Shown in pieces: positions 51,090 to 60,195 of a stretch of 64,000 nt of DNA (position 1 is the stretch's first letter; the number at the start of each line of letters is the position of its first letter). Both the position numbers and the translations under genes were made by a program. Origin of the DNA: Halorutilales archaeon Cl-col2-1 (GTDB taxonomy: Archaea; Halobacteriota; Halobacteria; Halobacteriales; Afararchaeaceae); assembly GCA_041891055.1 (NCBI GenBank), contig CP169074.1, forward strand, positions 1,632,001 through 1,696,000, in the 5' to 3' direction. The notes under the pieces are model-generated. The model saw only the letters and a list, made by a program, of their open reading frames with translations, ran no database searches and was not told where the DNA came from.

Positions 51090-53570
51090 CTATAGTTGTG
51101 TACTAGATCGAATGTCATCTGGTATTCTTCTTACCTCAGTGTCTGGGGGTATTACCCCATACTCATAACTATACTCTATGTTGATCACCTGAGTTCCTTC
51201 AATTTCACCGTATTCATCCTTAAATCTATGGGGAGGATCGAGAGTTATATCATCACTAACTAACCACCACTTGGGTATAGGGACAGTATATTCTCTGAGA
51301 AAAACGCTCAAGTCCTCTTTACACTCATTGTAATAGTCTTCATGTACTCCACATCTACCATTCCTATCGCAATCATGGAATTCTTTCCATAGGTCACTAG
51401 GTAATGGAGACTCCGAATTGTGATGATATTTGGAAGGCAACATAGAGATACGTCGACTGCTATCCTCACGGATATTCAGATCTTCCGATCCTTCTGTCTC
51501 GTCCTCACCCAACCTTCGTAGCTTTCCATAGAGTAGGTCATTCGAAATAGCATTTCCGAACTGAGTTGTGTTCATATTCATCTTACTTAGATCCACTCCT
51601 GTGTACGATTCTTCTACCCACTTCAGGCTGTCTTTAAAGCTATACATGCCAGCATTCTCGAAGACCTTCTCAGTCTGTTCTAAGATCTTCCACTTCTCTT
51701 TTTCCTCAGGACTTTGATCTTTGTAGCCTGCGTAGGGGTACCACGTATCTGTATCTTCATCCGAAATCGGAGAAAAGACTACACAACGATACTTGTGATT
51801 TTGATCATCCTGTTTGAAGCTTGCACACTGATCACAGTTACAGTCCTCCGAGCTGGGTCTATATCCTTCTCTGTGGAGTCTGCCTGCCCTCTGTATTACT
51901 GCGTCGGCAGGTGCTATATCAGTCAGAAGCAAATCCGCTGAGAGATCGAGACTGATCTCACACACCTGTGTGGATACGAGAAACTGTCTTTCATCCGGAT
52001 TCGAATCTATTCCGAATATATCGCGTATCTCCTCTTCCTTATCTTGCCTATGGTCTTGAGTAAATTCGCTACTATAGTAGGTAACATTCTCACCGTCTTC
52101 CTTTAGATCCCAAGCGAGATCTCTAGCCCCAGATACAGTATTTTTGACTATCATCACCTTCTTCGCGTCACTTTCTTCTAGGTACTCTTGAACTTCGGAG
52201 GTGGTGAGTTCAGAGTTTTCTGTAATAACTTCAAATGCTTCTCTCACTCCCTGATCTTCTTCGAGTATCCCTTCACTCCGGACTTTCTCTGAGCCATCGA
52301 AAGCTCGGTCATTCTGTAGTTGTTGAGGCATGGTGGCGGTCATAACATACCAAGGCACACCAAGATCATCGAGTCTTCTTATCGTCGAAAGTATATGACC
52401 CGTGGTATATGCATCGTAGGCATGTATCTCATCAAATATAACTGCACTTCGTAACACGTTGCCCTTTGCTATGCTTGCCGTTTTGTATCCATTCACAAGA
52501 GAAGAGAGTAGATGGTCAACAGTACAGACTGTCACAGGCTTCTGGAACCATTTTCTTGCTTCTTCACCAAGGTTCTCTGATTTCCAGACCTGTTCTCCGG
52601 TACTTTCGAGGAAACTCTTATCCGCACCGTGGTATAGTGCTGCTTTGCTAGCTTCAATTTCCTCGTCTCCCTTGGTCATTGAAAGCAGAAGATTATTCGT
52701 AGTCACCTGGGTTGGCATCGCAAATATCATTCTGTCTGCTTTCTCTTCTTCTATCATCTTCTGCCCCCACTGGAACGCTGTGTGGGTTTTTCCTTCACCA
52801 CATCCGGCAAGCCCCAAGAGATGATCTGTATCAGTCTCTTCTATTTCTTTTTGGAAAGGTCGGAGTGATGAGAATAGATCTATATCGTCGGAATAGAGAG
52901 TCTCAAACTGGGTTTTTGGGTCTCCGGATTCCTTCGAGCTAACATAATGGTCAGCTTGGACTAAAGCGGAGTGTAAAAGAGTGGAGAGAATACCCACTTC
53001 CAGATAATCAGACTCTGATAGCTCCTTCTTTCGGTACTCACGTAACTGGGATTTAAGGCTTTTTTTCAGGTTAGTATCTATTTCAGTTTCCGGAAGACCG
53101 ATACTCCCGACGTTATCCACCATTTTTTGAGTCCCAGATATAGAATAGAGTCTACTGTTTTCTGGTCTCATTTTGCCCATCGTGAATGGGGTATGGTGAT
53201 GAAGAATAGCAAGAGTTAGAGAAACCCCTTGGTTTATAGGAAGACCTTCATCTCTAGCTTTTGCGAATGCGTAAATCCCACTTCTATCGCTATGAGTGGG
53301 TAAATTTGGTTTCTTGTCTTGTCTTACTGCATTTTTAGCTTCAGACTGCCATTCTTCATGAGCTTTCCCGACATCGTGGTAGAGTCCAGCTAACTCCCCG
53401 CAGTCTAGGATGTCACCGAAATCGGTTTCAAGTTCCCTCGCTATTCTTTTAACAGCATGTGAGTTGAGTATAGATCTCGTTTCCTTCGATACTTCTTCTA
53501 AATGAGTTTTAAGAGTTACTTGGTCGGAGATGGACTTCGAACGATCTAGTTTAGCTATGAGAGGCTGCAT
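51090..53570 (-). CDS. cas3: Cas3 (N-terminal HD nuclease fused to SF2 helicase)
   Basis: TH, YHDVGKA, HH, QADH; GEGKT, DEIH, TAT, QRAGRLHR; start placed at MQPLIAK (TTG 53579 alternative). Confidence 0.96.
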   Translation of the reverse strand: MQPLIAKLDRSKSISDQVTLKTHLEEVSKETRSILNSHAVKRIARELETDFGDILDCGELAGLYHDVGKAHEEWQSEAKNAVRQDKKPNLPTHSDRSGIYAFAKARDEGLPINQGVSLTLAILHHHTPFTMGKMRPENSRLYSISGTQKMVDNVGSIGLPETEIDTNLKKSLKSQLREYRKKELSESDYLEVGILSTLLHSALVQADHYVSSKESGDPKTQFETLYSDDIDLFSSLRPFQKEIEETDTDHLLGLAGCGEGKTHTAFQWGQKMIEEEKADRMIFAMPTQVTTNNLLLSMTKGDEEIEASKAALYHGADKSFLESTGEQVWKSENLGEEARKWFQKPVTVCTVDHLLSSLVNGYKTASIAKGNVLRSAVIFDEIHAYDAYTTGHILSTIRRLDDLGVPWYVMTATMPQQLQNDRAFDGSEKVRSEGILEEDQGVREAFEVITENSELTTSEVQEYLEESDAKKVMIVKNTVSGARDLAWDLKEDGENVTYYSSEFTQDHRQDKEEEIRDIFGIDSNPDERQFLVSTQVCEISLDLSADLLLTDIAPADAVIQRAGRLHREGYRPSSEDCNCDQCASFKQDDQNHKYRCVVFSPISDEDTDTWYPYAGYKDQSPEEKEKWKILEQTEKVFENAGMYSFKDSLKWVEESYTGVDLSKMNMNTTQFGNAISNDLLYGKLRRLGEDETEGSEDLNIREDSSRRISMLPSKYHHNSESPLPSDLWKEFHDCDRNGRCGVHEDYYNECKEDLSVFLREYTVPIPKWWLVSDDITLDPPHRFKDEYGEIEGTQVINIEYSYEYGVIPPDTEVRRIPDDIRSSTQL

Positions 53571-53649
53571 CCTCTTCAAATATATTAACTATCTGTCTTT
53601 AAATATTCATCTCCGAAAAGGATTATATGGATCAAAGATTGGTTCTATT

Positions 53650-53728
53650 AGTATAATAGTGCCTAGGTTGGATTGAAATACGAGATGCCCGTGCAGATAG
53701 CTCGACAGAAGGTATTGGCTTCTTTTTC
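53650..53728 (+). ncRNA. Solitary degenerate CRISPR repeat plus spacer-like guide (crRNA-like RNA)
   Basis: TAATAGTGCCTAGGTTGGATTGAAAT matches 24/26 of the repeat 3' part with an intact handle; BRE/TATA GAAAAGGATTATAT at 53615-53628; T-tract after about 36 nt. Confidence 0.75.
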
Positions 53729-53952
53729 CTGACTTCTTCTTCAAGCTCGATTAACCCAACCTTTTCTAACTCAGTACATCGTGATAGGTCGTAACAACAA
53801 TTTCTCTGGCTCTATTAGTGATTCTTAACTAGCCGATTTTCCTGTAAATTCGGGTAGAAGACCTTGAATATACTCCATATAGACATTAATTCACACTCTC
53901 AATCCATGGTACTATCCGGAAGTTCAAAGTAAAAACGGGTATAACGATAACT

Positions 53953-54567
53953 ATGGCTGAAGTCTGGATGACAGAGGATGAGATACAGGATCTCGAACTC
54001 CAAGCCGATAAGCTCAGAGATAGACTCATAATACAGCTTGGTGCTTACAGCGGTATGAGAATTGGCGAGATTGTAAACCTCCAAGTATCCGACCTAAACC
54101 AGGACACTGTTGATGGAGAACTGAGATACTTCGCGAAGGTTGAGGGGAAGAAGACCGATCAAGAAGCCGAAGGTAAGACAGAGACGAAGACCCGTGACGC
54201 TTGGATAACCCAGGATACCTGGAAAGACCTACAGACCCACATAAACCAGGAGAATCTCACTAATGACGACTATATCATGAACTCCAGATACGGAGGGAAG
54301 ATACACAAAGACAGCGCGAGGAAAATAGTAAAAAGAATTGCTGAGAAAGCCTACGAGCAGACTGAAAAAGAGAAATTCCTTGATGTGAGTAGCCATGACC
54401 TACGACGCTTTTTTGCCCATCATCTGGCTGAAGAAAAGGGTGTTAATATACGTGTAGTTATGGATCTTGGTGGCTGGGAAGATCTACAGACATTTGTGAG
54501 GCACTACTTGGATAAACCAAGTAAGATGACTAAAGCCCAAGAGCTCGATAATGCAGGCTGGAGTTAA
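53953..54567 (+). CDS. Small tyrosine recombinase (catalytic domain only)
   Basis: GMRIGE, GK, HDLRR, GGW, HY catalytic residues in 204 aa. Confidence 0.9.
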   Translation: MAEVWMTEDEIQDLELQADKLRDRLIIQLGAYSGMRIGEIVNLQVSDLNQDTVDGELRYFAKVEGKKTDQEAEGKTETKTRDAWITQDTWKDLQTHINQENLTNDDYIMNSRYGGKIHKDSARKIVKRIAEKAYEQTEKEKFLDVSSHDLRRFFAHHLAEEKGVNIRVVMDLGGWEDLQTFVRHYLDKPSKMTKAQELDNAGWS

Positions 54568-54880
54568 GACCCGACAATAGCACGCTCATACTTTCTACTA
54601 CCACCAATATAACTAATTAGCCATTCACGTCTCCTAATTTTGAAAGTACCGAGATCCTTAATTCGTTAATTCCGGACAGCTCAGGGGAATTAGTATTACG
54701 CGATACGAGCGAGGATGTATCCATATGAAGACGTAGATGGATTACTATTAGACAACCTACTTCTGTCGAATAGGAAATATCCCATTTACCCGCCGCTTGA
54801 TGGCATATTTCTAAAACCGCTGTAAGGCGTTGGGTTAATGGACAAGTTAAGTATCTTGAGTACGTGTATAGATTTGTAAA

Positions 54881-55216
54881 ATGACCGTACTGAACTGTAA
54901 TAGCTGTGGTCACGGCTGGAACTACTCCGGAGGTCTTACTGACTACACGACATGTCCTAATTGTGGACATTCAGTAAAGATTCCTTCGGCAGATAGTTCC
55001 AATTTTAAAGCAGAAGACGTCGAAGAGGAAATGGGATCGTTCGAAGAACGTCTCGACCGGTTAGAAGAGACGTTAACGAAGGTACAAGATGACCTCATTA
55101 CTATCGAGGAGAAGATATCAGATAGAGACAAAGCCTCTTCTAAAACCGAGACTGACGAGAAGAGCAACGAGGGAGGTCTATCTCCCTATGACCCTACGAT
55201 GGAATTTGAATTTTAA
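54881..55216 (+). CDS. Zinc-ribbon (CxxC/CPxCG) plus coiled-coil protein
   Basis: CNSCGHGW...CPNCG then heptad repeats. Confidence 0.75.
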   Translation: MTVLNCNSCGHGWNYSGGLTDYTTCPNCGHSVKIPSADSSNFKAEDVEEEMGSFEERLDRLEETLTKVQDDLITIEEKISDRDKASSKTETDEKSNEGGLSPYDPTMEFEF

Positions 55217-55239
55217 AACGACGGGAAGAACTCCTCCTA

Positions 55240-56154
55240 TCACTTCTCGACGTTCTCGACTTCCTCTTGAGTCAAAAGATCCTCGATGTCCATCTTTTCC
55301 TCTATGTCCTCTGTGTCCGGGATCTCGGAAATTCTCTCTTCTTCGTCTTCTGAGTCGTCAGATAGATCCATATCTATCACTTCTACGTTCTTTAGGAAAA
55401 CAGCATCCTCCCACGGTCGAAGTAGGTACGCTCCGGTACCTGCTACAGTGAGATAGGCTATACCGTCTAAGTCGCCTTCTTTCTTTTCGAATTTCCACTC
55501 TGTATTCTCCGGTAAATCTGGAAGACGTGTACTGAACCTACCAAGCTCTTTTTCGACCAAAGGTACGGCGAATTTACTATTTAACTCCGCGGTTAGAAGT
55601 GCGTAAGAAGAGTTCTCGAATATTCCCATGTCGAACTCCACAGTGGCTAAATGTCCATGTGCCTCGTTCTTTTTCTCTACCTTATCCGAAAATCTCTCTT
55701 CAGGAGGCAGTTCATCGAGGTCTTCCTCTTCGTATGATATGACGTTTATCAGCCTCGTCATTTTAAAATCGTCACCAACAACTACGAAATATGCCTTATC
55801 GCCCGAGGTCAGTTTCTCTCCGTCGTGGGTATAGACACACGACATGTCTTTTACTCCTCCGACCAGACGCCCTTCCCAGTATTCCTTGACTAATCTACGT
55901 GCTCTTTCTTCATCTGATAACTCTTGGTTGGGCTCTGTCTCTATGCCTACAACATAGTATGCTGTGGCATTACTGACCTTTACCGAGTCTATCTTCTCCC
56001 CCTTAGACAACTCTTTAAGACGGTTCTTTGCCGTAGTCTTGCTAACACCTGTATGCTCCGCTATCTGGGACGCCGTCCATACCGGACGGCTTCCGCTTTT
56101 CATGAGGGTCAAGACCTCCTCTTTCGTCAACTCCCTGTCTCTTCCGCGTGACAC
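55240..56154 (-). CDS. phiH1-repressor-like wHTH protein with long uncharacterised C-terminal domain
   Basis: PVWTASQIAEHTGVSKTTAKNRLKEL HTH; divergent from the integrase as in SNJ2-like modules. Confidence 0.7.
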   Translation of the reverse strand: MSRGRDRELTKEEVLTLMKSGSRPVWTASQIAEHTGVSKTTAKNRLKELSKGEKIDSVKVSNATAYYVVGIETEPNQELSDEERARRLVKEYWEGRLVGGVKDMSCVYTHDGEKLTSGDKAYFVVVGDDFKMTRLINVISYEEEDLDELPPEERFSDKVEKKNEAHGHLATVEFDMGIFENSSYALLTAELNSKFAVPLVEKELGRFSTRLPDLPENTEWKFEKKEGDLDGIAYLTVAGTGAYLLRPWEDAVFLKNVEVIDMDLSDDSEDEEERISEIPDTEDIEEKMDIEDLLTQEEVENVEK

Positions 56155-56462
56155 TATTGGCTATTCAATGCCTGTTAACTTAGCTTTTCTGTTCGAACTG
56201 AAACCCCGTTTCAGACATAAAGTTTAAGTCAAGGGATCTCATTAGTAACACTCAGGATGACATAACAAACACAGTGGTAATATCGCGGGAAAAGCTACCT
56301 GACCCCCAGATGCCCACGCCCTACCAAAGCACGGCATCTTTCGAGGGTCGGTGAAATACCCCATCAGAAGGGGTTGTATAGATACACCCATATTTAGAAC
56401 CTCGACCAATTAATGGTTTGGGTTACTCTACTCCTTCTGATGGGTCGTCTAAGACGACCACA

Positions 56463-56594
56463 ATGAAAAACGAAATACGAAACCAGAAACCGACAGAAGG
56501 CGAAAAGAGAACTAACAGAAACGGACGACGGGTACGAATACCTCTCACCTCAGAGATAGCCGGGACAGTGGAAGGGGTGGTTCCGGATGAGTGA
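56463..56594 (+). CDS. 43-aa ORF translationally coupled to the integrase (possible accessory factor)
   Basis: MKNEIRNQKPTEGEKRTNRNGRRVRIPLTSEIAGTVEGVVPDE; ATGAGTGA overlap with the integrase start. Confidence 0.45.
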   Translation: MKNEIRNQKPTEGEKRTNRNGRRVRIPLTSEIAGTVEGVVPDE

Positions 56595-57603
56595 ACTACA
56601 GCCTCTCGAACCTGAGGAAGGGGTTGAGATGTATCTTGATACCCGAGAGGACGAGCTCAGTAGGGAGACGTTACGGAAACAGAAGACGCGTCTCGATGCT
56701 TTTCTGAGCTGGTGTGAGGACAGAGGTATAGAGAACCTCAACGAACTGACCGGCAGAGATCTCCAGCGGTACCGACAGTGGCGCAAGAAGGGCAAGGGGG
56801 ACGGATACGGTAAGGTCAAAAACGTCACACTAAGGTCTAATCTCACTACACTCCGAGTTTTCCTCGAACACTGTGCGAATATCGATGGTGTCGAGAAGGG
56901 GATGCGAGAACGTGTTATGCTTCCTGAGGTGGAGGATGGAACGAAGGACAGTAAGATAGCCGAAGAACGTGTTAGGGATATACTCGATAAACTCGAAACC
57001 TACGAGTACGCGTCTCGTAGGCACGTGATGATATCCCTGATGTGGCACGGTGCTCTACGTATCGGGACTATACGTGCTCTCGACGTCGGTGACTTCGATC
57101 CCGATGAGCCCTGTCTGAAGATACGCCACCGTCCAAGCACAGACACACCCCTCAAGAACCGTGAAAGTGCAGAACGAGATCTTGCTCTCGGTGACTTCTA
57201 CGCTCAGGTTATAGAGGACTACATCGAGGAGAACCGCCATGATGTCCAGGATGACTACGGAAGGCATCCTCTCATAACAAGTACAGAAGGAAGGCTGACA
57301 AAGACTCCATACAGAACTGCGGCGTATAGGGTCTCACTTCCGTGTTGGACAGATGACTGTCCACATGGCAAGCAGCGAAAGACGTGTGAATGGACGAGCC
57401 GCGATAAGCTTAGTCACTGTCCTAGTTCGAAGTCTCCTCACGACTTCCGACGCTCGTCTATCACATACCATCTCAAAGAGAACGTTCCTCCGGAGATAGT
57501 CTCAGACCGTGTCGACGCTACTCCTGACGTAATTGAGAAGCACTACGACAAGAGGAACGAACGCGAGAAGATGCGGACGAGGAAGGAGCTCCTAAACTTA
57601 TGA
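56587..57603 (+). CDS. SNJ2-family tyrosine integrase
   Basis: LQPLEPEE.V..YL, LTGRDL, RIGT, HRP..TPLKN, CPHG...CPSSKSPHDFRR, KHYD; 40 bp from the right repeat. Confidence 0.92.
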   Translation: MSELQPLEPEEGVEMYLDTREDELSRETLRKQKTRLDAFLSWCEDRGIENLNELTGRDLQRYRQWRKKGKGDGYGKVKNVTLRSNLTTLRVFLEHCANIDGVEKGMRERVMLPEVEDGTKDSKIAEERVRDILDKLETYEYASRRHVMISLMWHGALRIGTIRALDVGDFDPDEPCLKIRHRPSTDTPLKNRESAERDLALGDFYAQVIEDYIEENRHDVQDDYGRHPLITSTEGRLTKTPYRTAAYRVSLPCWTDDCPHGKQRKTCEWTSRDKLSHCPSSKSPHDFRRSSITYHLKENVPPEIVSDRVDATPDVIEKHYDKRNEREKMRTRKELLNL

Positions 57604-57643
57604 GTCGGAACGCGGTCATACACAATACGGTTATAGTCACGCC

Positions 57644-57795
57644 CCCCGCCGGTCCAAAACCTATGTTTTGGAGCATTCGAGAAACGTAGTTTCTCGATAC
57701 GGTCCATACGAATTCTTACGGATTCTTCGGGAACACAAAACCACCATACAGCGACGGCTCCACCCCTCGAAAATACCTTCCCGTGAAAGTGAGTC
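57644..57795 (+). repeat. Right attachment-site direct repeat (152 bp)
   Basis: Starts CCCCGCCGGTCCA (tRNA 3' end); 5 mismatches to the left copy. Confidence 0.93.
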
Positions 57796-57869
57796 CGAAT
57801 AATACAGGGACTGAATGTGAGTAAATAAGACAAAAGACTCTATACACAGTTATGCCAGAGACAGAGGAT

Positions 57870-58367
57870 CTACTCCTCCACTTCTATAACATAGACGTTC
57901 TCCTCGTACGGTTCGCCTTCTATCTCGGTTTCGTTGGTGTCGTCTTTCTCGAAGCCGAGACTCTGGTAGAACGAGTTCCCCACCTGGTTGTCGGCGAGGA
58001 CGAAGACCTTGAGACGTTCGACTCCGAGATCCGAGAGCCTCTCCCGTATCTCGTGTAGGAGACGCGTTCCTATCCCCTTTCTCCTGTGGTCGGGGTCGAC
58101 GTAGAGACGTAGGAGATCGGCTTCGTCTCCGTTAACGACAGCGTGTGAGAAGCCGCCTATCTCGCTGTCTTCTTCGTAGACGAGGAAAGACGAGTCGGGC
58201 ATACGTATCGCGTCCTCGAGTGTCTCAGTCGAGTACCAGTCCTCGACAGTCTCGTCTATCTCTTCCTTGCCGAGTATGTCGGCGTAGGTGTCTTCCCACG
58301 ACCTGTGGGCGACCTCCTGTACCTCGTCTATGTCATCCCTCTCGGCTTCACGTATAGCGTTTCCCAT
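57870..58367 (-). CDS. GNAT family acetyltransferase
   Basis: LYVDPDHRRKGIG..LL, N....FY...GF. Confidence 0.92.
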   Translation of the reverse strand: MGNAIREAERDDIDEVQEVAHRSWEDTYADILGKEEIDETVEDWYSTETLEDAIRMPDSSFLVYEEDSEIGGFSHAVVNGDEADLLRLYVDPDHRRKGIGTRLLHEIRERLSDLGVERLKVFVLADNQVGNSFYQSLGFEKDDTNETEIEGEPYEENVYVIEVEE

Positions 58368-58427
58368 GGGTATAACTGATCGCGGCGCGGTTTAAGTCTT
58401 CCCTCGGTTATCACCTGTCCCCTTCCG

Positions 58428-58553
58428 TCATATTCTTTCGACGTCCTCGCTCCCGCACTGGGGGCATTTCACGAGCTTGTTGGGATTCGCCTGGAAGCGG
58501 TGTCCACAGACCTGACACTCGAAGTAGACCTTGTCCTGATCGACTCTTCTCAT
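58428..58553 (-). CDS. CPxCG-type zinc-finger microprotein (41 aa), not in the ORF track
   Basis: MRRVDQDKVYFECQVCGHRFQANPNKLVKCPQCGSEDVERI; TTTTAA box upstream. Confidence 0.75.
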   Translation of the reverse strand: MRRVDQDKVYFECQVCGHRFQANPNKLVKCPQCGSEDVERI

Positions 58554-58597
58554 ACTTCCGTCGTATGGGACTCTACTCTTAAAATACTTCCTCCGGT

Positions 58598-59104
58598 TTA
58601 AGCCTGCTTCCAGACCGAAAAATACGATAAGACAGCATGTACAACGAAGACCAAGACTACACTCACAATTATGATAAGGAGTTCATCGATAGAGGTCAGA
58701 ATACCTAATGAAACTATCAGTGTACTCGCACACGCTGGAGGATGAACTGTCTCAGTCTTTGCCATACCCGCGGCGGTTAGTGTGACTGAGGACACACCGC
58801 TCGCCGAGAGTCGTAGTCCCGAAAGTGAAGCGAAGCCGTCGACGTTACCGAGCGTAAGACCCAACGCAAATACTGTATACGCTATCCATCCGGCGACCAC
58901 TCCGATAATGTGCCCTCCCACTACCTGCCGCGCCGAGTTCGTCCTGTCTCGTCTGAACGACAGCATAAACGCCGACGGCCCGAGGCTCGGAAATACAAAA
59001 GGCTGTCCGGTAACCCACGCAACTACACCTGGGATCGAGATCAGAATCCCACAGTAGACTGAGCCCGCCACTTCTTCGTCCATCTCCCCAAGGAAAGTTC
59101 GCAC
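58598..59104 (-). CDS. HPP family membrane protein
   Basis: FPSLGPSAF, GGH, HPPACASTL. Confidence 0.9.
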   Translation of the reverse strand: MRTFLGEMDEEVAGSVYCGILISIPGVVAWVTGQPFVFPSLGPSAFMLSFRRDRTNSARQVVGGHIIGVVAGWIAYTVFALGLTLGNVDGFASLSGLRLSASGVSSVTLTAAGMAKTETVHPPACASTLIVSLGILTSIDELLIIIVSVVLVFVVHAVLSYFSVWKQA

Positions 59105-59129
59105 AGATACGTGAAGATTATTTAGTCAC

Positions 59130-59489
59130 TCACCGGTTCAGAACCGGATCACGCAGTGACTCGACCTCCGACATTACCGCGTCTATCTTCTCCTCGTCTA
59201 CGTCGTTGATCTCGAACGCCTCTTTGAGATGCGTCGCTATGATGTCGAACTCCCTGTCGCCGATACCCATTCCCTCGTGTGCCTCACGCATGTCGTCGCC
59301 CGTGTACTCTACGGGACCACCCGCGACCGAACTGATGAACTTAGCCTGGTGTGCCCTCTGTCTCTCCATGTCTGTGTCCTCAAAGTAGACGTTGACTCTG
59401 TCGTCCTCCATCACGAGGTCGTAGAAGTCGTCGACTACCGTCTGTATGGCTTCCTTTCCACCTATGTCGTCGTAGAGCGTCTCGCTCAT
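59130..59489 (-). CDS. Group 1 truncated hemoglobin
   Basis: LYDDIGG, VDDFY, GGP..YTG..M..AH, FD....HL. Confidence 0.94.
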   Translation of the reverse strand: MSETLYDDIGGKEAIQTVVDDFYDLVMEDDRVNVYFEDTDMERQRAHQAKFISSVAGGPVEYTGDDMREAHEGMGIGDREFDIIATHLKEAFEINDVDEEKIDAVMSEVESLRDPVLNR

Positions 59490-59525
59490 ACTTCCAAATC
59501 GAGCCGAGATCCCGTAGTGGTTTCC

Positions 59526-59539
59526 GCGAACATGTTCGC
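59526..59539. promoter_or_regulatory. CGAA-N4-TTCG palindromic operator
   Basis: Perfect palindrome GCGAACATGTTCGC between divergent globin and regulator genes. Confidence 0.7.
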
Positions 59540-59580
59540 CCCATTTTTGTACTCAGAGGATCAACATCGTACAGATACAG

Positions 59581-60195
59581 ATGCCACGTTCGAGGATCAG
59601 GATACACGTTCCCGGCGACGGAGGTGTGAAACACGTCTCGAAGTCGTACCCCGACTCGACCTTCAAGGTCGTCTCAGTCCTTCCGAGGGACTCGAACGGA
59701 AAGGGACTCATCGAGATAGAGTCCGACGACGTCGAGAGCATACTCTCCGAACTCAGCGAGAGAGACGACGTAGACGAGGAGACTCTTCACGTCACCAACT
59801 CGGAGGCTGTCGTCGAGTTCGAGGTTCCTGAGCCCAAACTCATGGTCGCGGCTCGGAGAACCGGAGTACCCCTCGAAACACCGTTCGAGATACGTGACGG
59901 TGAGGCAGTCTGGACAGTCCGAGCCGACCACTCGAGTCTGTCCGACCTCGGCTCTTTTCTCGACCAAAACGGGATAGAGTACGACCTTGAGTACATGAAG
60001 GAGATAGAGACCGAGCGACGACTGACAGAGAGACAGAGAGAAGTCCTTGAGGTCGCAGTCGACGAGGGGTACTACGACGTCCCACGTGAGGCGACTCTCA
60101 CCGAGGTCAGCGAAGTTGTGGGAATATCGAAGTCGTCGTGTAGCGAGATACTCCAGAGGGCGGAGTCGAGAATAGTCCCCGAGTTCGTCGAGTAG
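59581..60195 (+). CDS. Bat-like HTH_10 transcriptional regulator
   Basis: LTERQREVL..AV..GYYDVPR.ATL.E...GISKS..SE.L.RAE. Confidence 0.92.
   Translation: MPRSRIRIHVPGDGGVKHVSKSYPDSTFKVVSVLPRDSNGKGLIEIESDDVESILSELSERDDVDEETLHVTNSEAVVEFEVPEPKLMVAARRTGVPLETPFEIRDGEAVWTVRADHSSLSDLGSFLDQNGIEYDLEYMKEIETERRLTERQREVLEVAVDEGYYDVPREATLTEVSEVVGISKSSCSEILQRAESRIVPEFVE

Larger units (their letters stand above)
39517..57795. mobile_element. tRNA-Ala-integrated element (18,127-bp unit) with SNJ2-type integrase, Rep-like gene and CRISPR-Cas cargo
   Basis: Direct repeats at both ends, integrase adjacent to the right repeat, lower-GC interior. Confidence 0.9.

Noticed and set aside
53788-53820. GTCGTAA as a second degenerate repeat, and the GG(T/C)TCTATTAGT duplication with 53641
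   Set aside because: Only 7 nt of repeat identity at non-array spacing; the 12-nt duplication has no supportable function
56305-56340. Partial guide matches (AGATGCCC; GCACGGCATCT) upstream of the integrase
   Set aside because: Seed positions 1-3 mismatch or a gap is needed; too short to support, though worth including in a formal scan
58428-58553. ATG-AGA-AGA start resembling the CreT toxin mini-ORF
   Set aside because: It continues as an ordinary CPxCG zinc-finger protein outside the element, and AGA is a common codon in this genome
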